Program-made: the position numbers and the translations under genes | Part shown: positions 1 through 9,420 of the stretch, piece by piece | Numbering within the stretch: position 1 is the stretch's first letter | Layout: each line of letters starts with the position of its first letter | NCBI GenBank assembly: GCA_031416115.1 | Contig: JANOTB010000133.1 | Coordinates: 3,205 to 67,204 of the forward strand | From: Gemmatimonadota bacterium | GTDB lineage: Bacteria; Gemmatimonadota; Gemmatimonadetes; Gemmatimonadales; Gemmatimonadaceae | Direction of reading: 5' to 3' | DNA length: 64,000 bases | Notes under the pieces: model-generated | Seen by the model: only the letters and a program-made list of their open reading frames with translations | Database searches by the model: none | What the model was told of the DNA's origin: nothing

Positions 1-1632
1 GTGTCGGTCTATCGCAACCTGATGTTCATGTCGGCCGAAGCGAACAACGGCCGCGTGGACTGCACCCCCGGCGGTGTGCCTGACACCGTGAGCGCCATGC
101 GCGTGCGCGGCGTGCGCGTCTTCGACATCAGCGACATTCGCAATCCGAAGCTCCTGACCAACGTCCAGACCTGCCGCGGCTCGCACACGCACACGGTGCT
201 CGAGGATCCGAAGGACAAGGACAACATCTATATCTACGTCTCGGGCTCGGCGGGCGTCCGCTCGCCGGACGAACTGCCGGGCTGCGTGTCGCAGACGCCG
301 GACCAGAATCCGAACTCGTCGCTGCTGAGGATCGAGATCATCAAGGTCCCGCTCGCGAACCCGGCGGCAGCCGCCGTCGTGAACCGCGCGAACATCTTCG
401 CCGGGCTCACCGCGCCGTCGGAGCATGGCGAGTCCCAGGCGGACTTGGATCTCGCGGCCGCCGAGGCCGCAGCCGCGCGTGCGCGCGGCCTCTTCACCGC
501 GAAGATCCCCACGAGCGGCATGGAGATCGTCGCGCCGCCGCAGTTCGCCCAGATGCAGCTCGACAGCATCGTGAAATCGCGTGGCGGCACCGGTGCGGCG
601 ACCACCGCCGACTCGGCGGCATTCCGTGAGAGTCTGCAGGCGTTTGTGAACCGGATGTTCGGCGCCGGAGCACCTGCTCCCGGTTCACCGGTCAGCGCCG
701 GCGCGCAGTGCCACGACATCACCGTCTACCCGGCGCTCGGTCTCGCGGGTGGGGCCTGTGAGGGCCACGGACTCTTGCTCGACATCAGCGACCCGCTCCA
801 TCCGGTGCGGCTCGACGCTGTTGCCGACAGCAACTTCGCCTACTGGCACTCGGCCACGTTCAACAACGACGGCTCCAAGCTGCTCTTCTCCGACGAGTGG
901 GGCGGCGGCGGCGCGCCCAAGTGCCGCGCCACCGACAAGGTGGAATGGGGGTCGAACGCGATCTTCGCGATCGAGAACCGCAAGCTCGTCTTCAAGAGCT
1001 ATTACAAGATCCCGACCGTCCAGACGGCGAACGAGAACTGCGTCGCGCACAACGGCTCGCTGATCCCGATCCCCGGCCGCGACGTGATGGTGCAGGCCTG
1101 GTACCAGGGTGGCATCTCGGTGTTCGACTGGACCGATGCCGCACACCCCAAGGAGATCGCGTTCTTCGACCGCGGGCCGGTCGACTCCACGCGCATGGAG
1201 ATGGGTGGGTCGTGGTCGGTGTACTGGTACAACGGCAACATCGTGAGCTCCGAGATCGCGCGCGGCATGGACGTCGCGCAGCTCGTGCCGACGGAGTTCA
1301 TCTCGCAGAACGAGATCGATGCGGCCAACACCGTGCGCTGGAACCAGCTCAATGCACAGGGGCAGCCGAAGATGCAGTGGCCGCCGTCGTTCTCGTTGGC
1401 CAAGGCGTTCGTCGACCAGCTCGAGCGCGGCCGTTGCCTCTCGGCCTCGCGCGTGAGCGCAGTGCGTCGCGAACTCGACGGCGCCCAACGCGCCACCGGG
1501 ACCGCACGGACGCAGGCGTTGCAGAAGTTGTCGACCGAGCTCGAGGGCGATGCCCGCAGTTCGTGCGACAAGCCGAAAGTCGACCTGCTCAGGAAGGCCG
1601 TCAACGACCTCATGAGCCCCGTCGTATCGTGA
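1..1632 (+). CDS. LVIVD-repeat beta-propeller protein, N-terminus cut by window edge (tandem paralog 1)
   Basis: Open frame from base 1 to TGA 1630-1632. It carries recurring LVIVD-type strands (GVRVFDISDIRNPK, GLLLDISDPLHPVRL, GISVFDWTDAAHPKEIAFFD). It is near-identical to 2082-3707 at protein and DNA level. Confidence 0.8.
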   Translation: MSVYRNLMFMSAEANNGRVDCTPGGVPDTVSAMRVRGVRVFDISDIRNPKLLTNVQTCRGSHTHTVLEDPKDKDNIYIYVSGSAGVRSPDELPGCVSQTPDQNPNSSLLRIEIIKVPLANPAAAAVVNRANIFAGLTAPSEHGESQADLDLAAAEAAAARARGLFTAKIPTSGMEIVAPPQFAQMQLDSIVKSRGGTGAATTADSAAFRESLQAFVNRMFGAGAPAPGSPVSAGAQCHDITVYPALGLAGGACEGHGLLLDISDPLHPVRLDAVADSNFAYWHSATFNNDGSKLLFSDEWGGGGAPKCRATDKVEWGSNAIFAIENRKLVFKSYYKIPTVQTANENCVAHNGSLIPIPGRDVMVQAWYQGGISVFDWTDAAHPKEIAFFDRGPVDSTRMEMGGSWSVYWYNGNIVSSEIARGMDVAQLVPTEFISQNEIDAANTVRWNQLNAQGQPKMQWPPSFSLAKAFVDQLERGRCLSASRVSAVRRELDGAQRATGTARTQALQKLSTELEGDARSSCDKPKVDLLRKAVNDLMSPVVS

Positions 1633-1694
1633 AGTAGCCAGCGGGGTCTGCGAGGACCCCGTTGCCTGCCCTACCCATTCTAATGGAGTCGTTG

Positions 1695-3707
1695 ATGTCT
1701 CTCGTTCCTGAGCGCCGCGCTGGCGCGTCCCAGCTCTCCGTCAGGCACGCTGCGGCGGCCGCGCTGCTGATCGTGGCCGCCTGTGCCCCCGCCACTCCGC
1801 CCGCGACGACGCCTGCGCCGTCGACCGACCCGCGCGTGTCCGACCGTCGCGTCGGGCTCTCGTCCGGGCTCTTCACCGCCGGCGAAGCCATCACCGGCAT
1901 GAAGATCGTCGCCAGGGCGCCGTCGCCCCCGGGATTCCTCGGCCAGACCAACTCCGACCTCGCCTTCACCGGCAACTACGTCATCCAGGGCAACTACAAC
2001 GGCCCGGTGATCTGGGATATCAGCAACCCTGCGTCGCCTCAGCTGGTCGTGGCCTTCACCTGCCCCGCCTCGCAGAACGACGTGTCGGTCTACCGCAACC
2101 TGATGTTCATGTCGGCCGAGGCGAACAATGGCCGCGTGGACTGCCTGCCAGGCGGCGTACCTGATACCGTGAGTTCGATGCGCGTGCGCGGCGTGCGCGT
2201 GTTCGACATCAGCGACATCCGTAAGCCGAAGCTCCTGACCAACGTCCAGACCTGCCGCGGCTCGCACACGCACACCGTGCTCGAGGACCCGAAGGACAAG
2301 GAGAACATCTACATCTACGTCTCAGGCTCCGCAGGCATTCGTTCGCCGACTGAGCTGCCGGGTTGCGTGCGCGACACGCCCGACCAGAATCCGAACTCGT
2401 CGCTGCTGCGGATCGAGATCATCAAGGTCCCGCTGAACAATCCGGCGGCGGCCGCGGTGGTCAATCGTGCCAACATCTTCTCCGGTCTCCAGCGCGTGGC
2501 GAGCCACGGTCCGTCGGACGCGGATCGCGAGGCCACGGCCGTGCAGGTGGCCGCGGCGCGGCGCACGGGTGGGTTCACCGCGCGTAACCCGAGCACCGGC
2601 GCCGACATGGTGCTCGGCACGTTCATGGTGCGCCCGCTGCTCGACAGCATCGTGAGGGCTCGTGGCGGCAGCGGTGCGGCGACCGCCGCGGACAGCGTTG
2701 CCTTCCGTGCGATCGCGCAGGACGTGGTCGATCGCACCTTCGCGGCCCCGGTCGTGTCCGGCCCGATCGCCCCAGGGCGCCAGTGCCATGACATCACGGT
2801 GTACCCTGCGCTCGGCCTGGCCGGCGGTGCCTGTGAGGGCCACGGCCTGCTGATCGACATCAGCGACCCGGTCAACCCGGTGCGCCTCGACGCGGTCGCC
2901 GACAGCAACTTCGCCTACTGGCACTCGGCCACGTTCAACAACGACGGCACGCAGATCCTCTTCTCGGACGAGTGGGGCGGTGGTGGCGGCCCGAAGTGCC
3001 GCGCCGGCGACAAGGTGGAGTGGGGATCGAACGCGATCTTCGCGATCGAGAACCGCAAGATGATCTTCAAGAGCTACTACAAGATCCCGACCATCCAGAC
3101 GTCGAATGAGAACTGCGTGGCGCATAACGGCTCGCTGATCCCGATCCCCGGCCGCGACGTGATGGTGCAGTCCTGGTACCAGGGCGGCATCTCGGTGTTC
3201 GACTGGACCGACGCGGCGCACCCCAAGGAGATCGCGTACTTCGATCGTGGCCCGGTCGACTCGACGCGCATGGTCTCGGCCGGTTCGTGGTCCGTGTATT
3301 GGTACAACGGCAACATCGTGAGCTCCGAGATCGCGCGCGGCATGGACGTGGCACAGCTCGTGCCGACCGAGTTCATCTCGCAGAACGAGATCGACGCGTC
3401 GAACACCGTGCGCTGGAACCAGCTCAACGCGCAGGGTCAGCCCAAGTTGGAATGGCCGCCGTCCTTCTCGCTGGCCAAGGCGTTCGTGGACCAGCTGGAG
3501 CGCAACCGCTGCCTCTCGGCCTCGCGCGTGAGCGCGGTGCGTCGCGAGCTCGACGGCGCCCAGCGTGCCACCGGCGCGGCGCGGACACAGGCGTTGCAGA
3601 CGCTCTCGACCGAGCTCGAGGGCGACGCCCGCGGATCGTGCGACAAGCGGAAGGTCGACCTGCTCAAGAAGGCCGTGAACGACCTGATGAGCCCGGTGGT
3701 GTCGTAA
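1695..3707 (+). CDS. LVIVD-repeat beta-propeller lipoprotein (tandem paralog 2, full length)
   Basis: The ORF track gives 1662-3707. I prefer ATG 1695, which has GGAG about 7 nt upstream and gives MSLVPERR...AAAALLIVAAC, a lipobox-like signal. It has the same repeats as paralog 1. Confidence 0.8.
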   Translation: MSLVPERRAGASQLSVRHAAAAALLIVAACAPATPPATTPAPSTDPRVSDRRVGLSSGLFTAGEAITGMKIVARAPSPPGFLGQTNSDLAFTGNYVIQGNYNGPVIWDISNPASPQLVVAFTCPASQNDVSVYRNLMFMSAEANNGRVDCLPGGVPDTVSSMRVRGVRVFDISDIRKPKLLTNVQTCRGSHTHTVLEDPKDKENIYIYVSGSAGIRSPTELPGCVRDTPDQNPNSSLLRIEIIKVPLNNPAAAAVVNRANIFSGLQRVASHGPSDADREATAVQVAAARRTGGFTARNPSTGADMVLGTFMVRPLLDSIVRARGGSGAATAADSVAFRAIAQDVVDRTFAAPVVSGPIAPGRQCHDITVYPALGLAGGACEGHGLLIDISDPVNPVRLDAVADSNFAYWHSATFNNDGTQILFSDEWGGGGGPKCRAGDKVEWGSNAIFAIENRKMIFKSYYKIPTIQTSNENCVAHNGSLIPIPGRDVMVQSWYQGGISVFDWTDAAHPKEIAYFDRGPVDSTRMVSAGSWSVYWYNGNIVSSEIARGMDVAQLVPTEFISQNEIDASNTVRWNQLNAQGQPKLEWPPSFSLAKAFVDQLERNRCLSASRVSAVRRELDGAQRATGAARTQALQTLSTELEGDARGSCDKRKVDLLKKAVNDLMSPVVS

Positions 3708-3711
3708 TTGT

Positions 3712-3728
3712 AGTGGGCTCCGCCCACT
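3712..3728 (+). terminator. short hairpin after LVIVD paralog 2 (7-bp stem agtgggc/gcccact, 3-nt loop), no T-tract
   Basis: The inverted repeat was read directly from the sequence. It is weak as an intrinsic terminator because no U-run follows. Confidence 0.3.
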
Positions 3729-3801
3729 GGCGTCTGCTCCTCGCGAAGGTAGATTCGGGGTTGCGCGATCCCAGTTAACGACACCCAGAGGCGGAGGCCC
3801 A

Positions 3802-5280
3802 TTGGCAAGCTCGCTCTTTCGTACGAAGTCCATCGATCTGCTCATCACCGAGAGCAGTGAGACCGGCGAACACTCGCTCAAGCGCACCCTCGGCCCTTGG
3901 GCGCTGATCGCGCTCGGCATCGGCGCGATCATCGGCGCCGGGCTGTTCGTGCGCACCGCGGCGGCGATCGCCGACCGCGCCGGCCCCTCGGTCACGCTCG
4001 CGTTCATGGTCGCCGGCCTCGGGTGCGCCTTCGCGGGCCTGTGCTACGCGGAGTTCGCGAGCATGATCCCGATCGCCGGCAGCGCCTACACCTACTCCTA
4101 CGCCACCATGGGCGAGTTCATCGCCTGGATCATCGGCTGGGACTTGGTGCTCGAGTACGCCGTGGCCGCCTCGACCGTGGCGATCGCCTGGTCGGAGTAC
4201 TTCAACAAGGTGCTCGGGTTCGTCGGACTCAGTATCCCGTACCAATGGTATCACTCGCCATTCGAGGTCTCGGCGGCAGGCGTGAATGGCATCATGAACA
4301 TCCCTGCGGTGGTGATCCTCGGACTGCTGTCGGCCGTGCTCGTGCGCGGGACGAAGGAGTCGGCCCTGCTCAACGGCATCATCGTGGTCGTCAAGCTCGC
4401 GGTCGTGCTGATGGTGATCGTGATCGGATGGGGCTTCATCAACCCGGCGAATCACACGCCCTACATCCCCGCGGCGACGACGTATGTGAGCCCGAGCGGC
4501 ATCACGCACAACTACGGTGGCATCCTGGGCATCCTCGGAGCCGCCGGCGTGGTCTTCTTCGCCTTCATCGGATTCGACGCGGTCTCGACCGCGGCGCAGG
4601 AAGCGAAGAATCCCAAGCGCGACATGCCGATCGGCATCCTCGGCTCGCTCGTGATCTGTACCGTGCTCTACATCCTGTTCGCGCACGTCTTGAGCGGCGT
4701 CGCGACGGTTGAGGACTTCCGCACCCAGGGCCGCGAGGCCTCGGTGGCGTACGCGATCAGCACGTACATGCCCGGCTACGAGTGGCTGGCGAAGGCGGTG
4801 TCGGTGGCGATCCTTGCCGGCTTCTCGTCGGTCATCCTCGTGATGCTCCTCGGTCAGTCGCGCGTGTTCTACACCATGAGCCGCGACGGGCTCGTGCCCA
4901 AGGTGTTCTCGGACCTGCACCCCAAGTTCCGGACGCCGTACAAGTCCAACCTGATCTTCTTCATCTTCACGGCGCTCGTCGGTGCGTTCGTGCCGGGCGA
5001 CATCGTCGGCGAGATGACGAGCATCGGGACACTGTTCGCGTTCATGCTCGTCTGCGCCGGGGTCTGGATCATGCGCGTGCGCCGTCCGGACGTGCCGCGC
5101 GGCTTCACCGTGCCGGCGTTGCCGCTCGTGTCGGTGCTCGGCATCGTCACCTGCGGTGCGATGATCTACGGCCTTGGCTGGACCAACTGGCTCCGGCTCG
5201 CGGCCTGGCTCGCGGTCGGCATGGTGATCTACTTCGCCTATAGCCGCAAGCGCAGTCGCCTCAACTCGGCGGCGGCGTGA
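3802..5280 (+). CDS. APC-superfamily amino acid permease (cationic amino acid transporter/YhdG-like)
   Basis: Polytopic hydrophobic profile. The N-terminal SLFRTKSIDLL and LIALGIGAIIGAGLFV motifs are typical of this family. TTG start with GGAGG 4 nt upstream. Confidence 0.85.
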   Translation: MASSLFRTKSIDLLITESSETGEHSLKRTLGPWALIALGIGAIIGAGLFVRTAAAIADRAGPSVTLAFMVAGLGCAFAGLCYAEFASMIPIAGSAYTYSYATMGEFIAWIIGWDLVLEYAVAASTVAIAWSEYFNKVLGFVGLSIPYQWYHSPFEVSAAGVNGIMNIPAVVILGLLSAVLVRGTKESALLNGIIVVVKLAVVLMVIVIGWGFINPANHTPYIPAATTYVSPSGITHNYGGILGILGAAGVVFFAFIGFDAVSTAAQEAKNPKRDMPIGILGSLVICTVLYILFAHVLSGVATVEDFRTQGREASVAYAISTYMPGYEWLAKAVSVAILAGFSSVILVMLLGQSRVFYTMSRDGLVPKVFSDLHPKFRTPYKSNLIFFIFTALVGAFVPGDIVGEMTSIGTLFAFMLVCAGVWIMRVRRPDVPRGFTVPALPLVSVLGIVTCGAMIYGLGWTNWLRLAAWLAVGMVIYFAYSRKRSRLNSAAA

Positions 5281-5384
5281 GTGGTACCACCGATGTGACG
5301 GCGCAGGCGAAGGGCGGATCGGGCGGAGGACTCATTCTCGTTGGTATTCTGGTCGCGATCGTGGGCGTGGATGTCGCGCTCCTG

Positions 5385-7526
5385 ATGACGAGCGGGCTGC
5401 CGACGAACGAGTTCCGGCTGTTGGCCGGTGTCGTTGCGGCCTGCGTGCTGACGTTCGTGGCGGCAGGGTTCCTCGCGCGCGAGCTGCTGCGAGGCCCCAC
5501 CGGCACGCCCGCGATGTTCGAAGTGCATGCGGCGATCCGCGAGGGGGCGGAGGCATTCATGCGCCGCCAATACAGCACGATCGCCGCGCTCGCAGCCGGG
5601 ACGGCAGTGCTGGTCTATGTGCTCTATGCGTTCGTCCGCACGCCGGCCGCTGGTGAGCCGGCGTCAGCGGGCATGCTGGCGCTCGCGACGGCGCTCGCGT
5701 TCGTCTTCGGCGCTGCCTGTTCGGGCGTCGCCGGCGTGCTCGGGATGTGGGTCGCGATCCGTACCAATCTCCGTGTGGCCGCGGCGGCGCAGGACTCGGC
5801 CTCGAGTGCGCTGCGGACGGCGCTGCGAGGCGGTGCGGTGGCTGGGCTCGTCGTTCCGGCGCTGTCGTTGGCCGGCATCGCCGCGCTCTTCGTCGCGCTC
5901 AGAGCGTCGGGCGTGAGTGCGGCCGACGCGCCGCTGCTGGTGATCGGCTACGGCTTTGGCGCGTCGTTCGTGGCGCTCTTCGCGCAGCTCGGCGGCGGCA
6001 TCTATACCAAGGCCGCTGATGTCGGCGCCGATCTCGTGGGGAAGATCGAGGCAGGGATCCCCGAGGACGACCCGCGCAATCCGGCGGTCATCGCGGACCT
6101 CGTGGGGGACAACGTCGGTGACTGTGCGGGCCGCGGCGCTGACCTGTTCGAATCGATCGCCGCCGAGAACATCGGCGCGATGATCCTGGGCATCGCGCTA
6201 TTCGGGGCGTTTGGCGCCGAGGGAGTGCTCTTCCCACTCGTCGCTGCCGGCGCGGGACTGCTCGCGTCGATCGTCGGCGTGCTCAGCGTGCGGATGCGCG
6301 AGGACGAGGATCCGATGTCGGCCATGAACCGTGGCTTCTACGTCACGGTCGCGCTCGCGCTCACGGGGCTCTTCTTCGCCTGCCGCGAGATGCTGGACAC
6401 TCCGGCAGCCCCGGGCGCTTGGATGAGCTTCTTCTGGTGCGCCGTGATCGGCGTGATGACGTCGCTCGGCTTCGTCCTCGTGACCCAGTACTACACGGAG
6501 CATCGCTACCGCCCCGTGCAGAGCATCGCACAGCAATCGCTCACCGGACCGGCGACGAACGTGATCGCCGGGATCGCGGTCGGCATGGAGTCGACGGCGG
6601 CACCGGCGATCATGATCTCCGCTGCCGTGCTCTCGTCCTACTACGTTGGCGCATCAACCGGACTCGATCACGCGGGGCTCTTTGGGACCGCGGTCGCGAC
6701 GATCGGCATGCTGTCGACCTCGGGCTACATCCTCGCGATGGACAACTTCGGTCCGATCACCGACAACGCCGGTGGCATCGCGCAGATGTCGGGTGCGAGC
6801 GAGGAGGTGCGCGAGCGCACCGACCGACTCGACGCCGCGGGCAACACGACCAAGGCGCTCACCAAGGGATACGCGTTGGGCTCGGCGGGTCTCGCGGCCT
6901 TCCTGCTCTTTGCCGCGTACGTCGATGCGGTGCGCTCCTACGGCGCGACCCTCACCGGCGTGGACATCTCCAAGCCGGCGGTCTTCGTCGGCGGACTGCT
7001 CGGCGCGGCGCTCGTCTTCCTCTTCGCCGCGACGGCGATCCGCGCAGTCGGCCATGCGGCCGGCTACGTGATCGACGAGGTGCGTCGTCAGTTCCGTGAG
7101 AAGCCGGGCATCCTGCTCGGTACCGATCGTCCCGACTACGCGCGTTGCGTGGACATCGTGACCGCGGGTGCGTTGCGTCGCATGGTCGTCCCTGGCGCGA
7201 TCGCGGTCGGCGTGCCGATCGTCGTGGCCGGCATCTTCAGTCGCTTCGAGGTGGGTGCCGAAGCGATCGCCGGCTTCCTGATGGTCGGTACCATCGCAGG
7301 CATCCTGCTCGCGACGATGCTCAACAACGGCGGCGGTGCGTGGGACAATGCGAAGAAGTACGTCGAACTGGGCGCGCATGGCGGCAAGGGCTCGGACGCG
7401 CACAAGGCGGCGGTGATCGGCGACACGGTCGGCGATCCGTTCAAGGACACGGCGGGTCCGTCGATCCACGTGCTCGTGAAGTTGCTCGCGACGATCATGT
7501 TGGTCATGGCGCCGTTCCTGGCCTGA
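5385..7526 (+). CDS. hppA: membrane-bound proton-translocating pyrophosphatase
   Basis: Signature motifs GDNVGDCAGRGADLFES, DNAKKYVE and GDTVGDPFKDTAGPS. The ORF track starts at GTG 5277 (GTGA overlap with the permease). However, codons 5277-5384 are unusually A/T-rich at position 3, and ATG 5385 gives the usual one-TM N-terminus before the IREGAEAF motif. The start is therefore uncertain. Confidence 0.9.
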   Translation: MTSGLPTNEFRLLAGVVAACVLTFVAAGFLARELLRGPTGTPAMFEVHAAIREGAEAFMRRQYSTIAALAAGTAVLVYVLYAFVRTPAAGEPASAGMLALATALAFVFGAACSGVAGVLGMWVAIRTNLRVAAAAQDSASSALRTALRGGAVAGLVVPALSLAGIAALFVALRASGVSAADAPLLVIGYGFGASFVALFAQLGGGIYTKAADVGADLVGKIEAGIPEDDPRNPAVIADLVGDNVGDCAGRGADLFESIAAENIGAMILGIALFGAFGAEGVLFPLVAAGAGLLASIVGVLSVRMREDEDPMSAMNRGFYVTVALALTGLFFACREMLDTPAAPGAWMSFFWCAVIGVMTSLGFVLVTQYYTEHRYRPVQSIAQQSLTGPATNVIAGIAVGMESTAAPAIMISAAVLSSYYVGASTGLDHAGLFGTAVATIGMLSTSGYILAMDNFGPITDNAGGIAQMSGASEEVRERTDRLDAAGNTTKALTKGYALGSAGLAAFLLFAAYVDAVRSYGATLTGVDISKPAVFVGGLLGAALVFLFAATAIRAVGHAAGYVIDEVRRQFREKPGILLGTDRPDYARCVDIVTAGALRRMVVPGAIAVGVPIVVAGIFSRFEVGAEAIAGFLMVGTIAGILLATMLNNGGGAWDNAKKYVELGAHGGKGSDAHKAAVIGDTVGDPFKDTAGPSIHVLVKLLATIMLVMAPFLA

Positions 7527-7541
7527 ACCACTGGCGGGACG

Positions 7542-7590
7542 AAACGGGGGAATCGCGCTGCGGGTCGCGCGATTCCCCCGTTTTCGTTCG
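7542..7590 (+). terminator. intrinsic terminator after hppA
   Basis: Perfect 17-bp stem aaacgggggaatcgcgc (7542-7558) / gcgcgattcccccgttt (7567-7583) with an 8-nt loop, running into a tttt tract. Confidence 0.8.
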
Positions 7591-7622
7591 CCCTCGTGCG
7601 GCGCGACAAGTAGCATTCTGTC

Positions 7623-8291
7623 ATGCATCCCAACGAAGCGCTGATCTCGCGGTTCTACGACGCCTTTCAACGCCGCGACGCCGCCGCCATGGGCGCCTGT
7701 TACCATCGCGACGTCCACTTCTCCGACGAGATCTTTCCCGAGCTCCACGGCGACGCAGCGCGCGCGATGTGGACGATGCTCTGCGAACGCGGCAAGGATC
7801 TCACGATCGAGTGCTCGGCCGTCCACGCCGACGGTGCGACCGGCCGCGCGCACTGGGATGCGTGGTACACCTTCTCCGGCACCGGTCGTCGGGTCCACAA
7901 CCGCATCCGCGCCGAGTTCACATTCGCGGACGGCCTGATCGTTCGGCACCGCGACCGATTCGGCTTTTGGCGGTGGGCACGTCAGGCGCTCGGTCCCGCT
8001 GGGTACCTGTTGGGCTGGTCCGGTTTCCTGCACCGGCGTGTTCAGTCGCAGGCCGCTCGGTCGCTGCGTGAGTGGGCGCACCGGGCACGGACCGCGTCTC
8101 TCGCGGTGCTCGCGATTCTCGCCCTCGCAGGCTGCAGCGCGTTGCGAGTCAACGGGATCAGTTCGGCATCGGTGATCGTCAACACGCCGTCCCTCGACGC
8201 GCTTGGTGTGGAACTCCGCGCCGGCGGCGGGTCGCCGGACCTCGGCGTGCCTCTCGCGCTCGCGCGCGTCACGCGGATCTGCTCGCGCTGA
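7623..8291 (+). CDS. SnoaL-like / NTF2-fold protein with an unusual C-terminal extension
   Basis: The N-terminal ~140 aa (ISRFYDAFQRRDAAAMGACYHRDVHFSDEIF...) look like the ketosteroid-isomerase/NTF2 fold. The frame stays open for ~75 more codons and overlaps the convergent solA-like gene by 23 nt. Confidence 0.6.
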   Translation: MHPNEALISRFYDAFQRRDAAAMGACYHRDVHFSDEIFPELHGDAARAMWTMLCERGKDLTIECSAVHADGATGRAHWDAWYTFSGTGRRVHNRIRAEFTFADGLIVRHRDRFGFWRWARQALGPAGYLLGWSGFLHRRVQSQAARSLREWAHRARTASLAVLAILALAGCSALRVNGISSASVIVNTPSLDALGVELRAGGGSPDLGVPLALARVTRICSR

Positions 8292-9420
8292 AGCGCCCGA
8301 TCGAGAAGGGCGCGAGGTCGAACCGCGAGCGCCCCGTCGTCACGAGGTCGGCGAGCACCTCGCCGATCGCGCTGGAGAACTTGAAGCCGTGCCCAGAGCA
8401 GGGAGATGCGACCCAGACGCGCGACGCCGACGGGTGACGGTCGAGGATGAAATGCGCGTCGGGGACGTTGGTGTAGGTGCAGACCCCGGTGGCGCGCAGC
8501 GCACCGTTCGCGGCCGGCAGGTAGCGCTGCAGGATGCCACGGAGGTGGTCGATCTCCGCTGCAGACACCGAGCGGTCGACCGAGTCGGGCGAGACCACCG
8601 GCCCGAAGTGGTGCAACGCGACCTTCACCCCGTCACCGGTGTCGGGGAATCCATACAGCATCAACTCTGGTGTGAGATCACCGAGAAAGACTGGGAATCG
8701 TTCGGGAGCGAAGAGCGCCGAGTCGCGGCGAGGATCGAACCAGTAGAGTGCGTTGCGCTGCACGACGATCGGGAGATCCAGTTCGCGCGCGAGGTCGCCG
8801 ATCCACATCCCCGCGCTGAGCACGAGCTGCCCGGCGCGATAACTCCCCTGCGCCGTCTCGACGACGACGCCGTCGCCCTCCTGACGCCACCGCAGCACTG
8901 GTTCGTCGGTGCGCACCTGTGCGCCCTTCTGCCGCGCGACGTCGAGTGCCGCGGCGATCGCGCGCTCAGGGTCGAGCATGCCGGCGCGTGACTCGAGCAC
9001 GCCGACCCAGTCGTCCTCGATCACGAAGGCGGGAAAGCGCGCCCGCAGTGCGCCTGCGTCGAGCGACTCGTGCGCCACGCCGTGCAACTCGGCGCTGCGG
9101 CGCGCGCCGCTGACCAGCTCACCGTCGGGTGGACCGTAACAGAGACCACCAGTGCGACGGAAGAGCGTAGTTCCCGACTCCGCTTCGAGCTCGGCCCAGC
9201 ACTCGTAGGCGCGCCGAACGAGCGGTACGTAGATGGGGTCCTCGTAGTACGCCTCGCGGATGATGCGCGACTTGCCGTGGCTCGAGCCCTGATCGTGCGG
9301 GGGCGCGAACCGATCGAAACCGACCGCGCGAACACCGCGGCGCGCGAGATGCGCGAGCGTCTGGCTCCCCATCGCGCCAAGTCCAACGACGATCACGTCG
9401 AAGTGCAGCGCGTAGCTCAC
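8269..9420 (-). CDS. solA: monomeric sarcosine oxidase / N-methyl-L-tryptophan oxidase family FAD oxidoreductase
   Basis: GTG start at 9420 gives VSYALHFDVIVVGLGAMGSQ, a dinucleotide-binding GxGxxG. A C-terminal CSGHGFKF motif is present. GTGA overlap with the upstream gene. The longer 611-aa ORF-track start lies inside the upstream gene. Confidence 0.8.
   Translation of the reverse strand: MSYALHFDVIVVGLGAMGSQTLAHLARRGVRAVGFDRFAPPHDQGSSHGKSRIIREAYYEDPIYVPLVRRAYECWAELEAESGTTLFRRTGGLCYGPPDGELVSGARRSAELHGVAHESLDAGALRARFPAFVIEDDWVGVLESRAGMLDPERAIAAALDVARQKGAQVRTDEPVLRWRQEGDGVVVETAQGSYRAGQLVLSAGMWIGDLARELDLPIVVQRNALYWFDPRRDSALFAPERFPVFLGDLTPELMLYGFPDTGDGVKVALHHFGPVVSPDSVDRSVSAAEIDHLRGILQRYLPAANGALRATGVCTYTNVPDAHFILDRHPSASRVWVASPCSGHGFKFSSAIGEVLADLVTTGRSRFDLAPFSIGRFSASRSA

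Noticed and set aside
1-3707. Tandem 2.08-kb repeat considered as a mobile element or IS
   Set aside because: Both units encode the same beta-propeller protein. There are no transposase genes, inverted terminal repeats or target duplications. It is a gene duplication.
2322-4920. 561-aa and 381-aa minus-strand ORFs (2322-4007, 3775-4920)
   Set aside because: They are antisense to the LVIVD paralog and the amino-acid permease. Their composition is low-complexity and Arg/Asp/His-rich.
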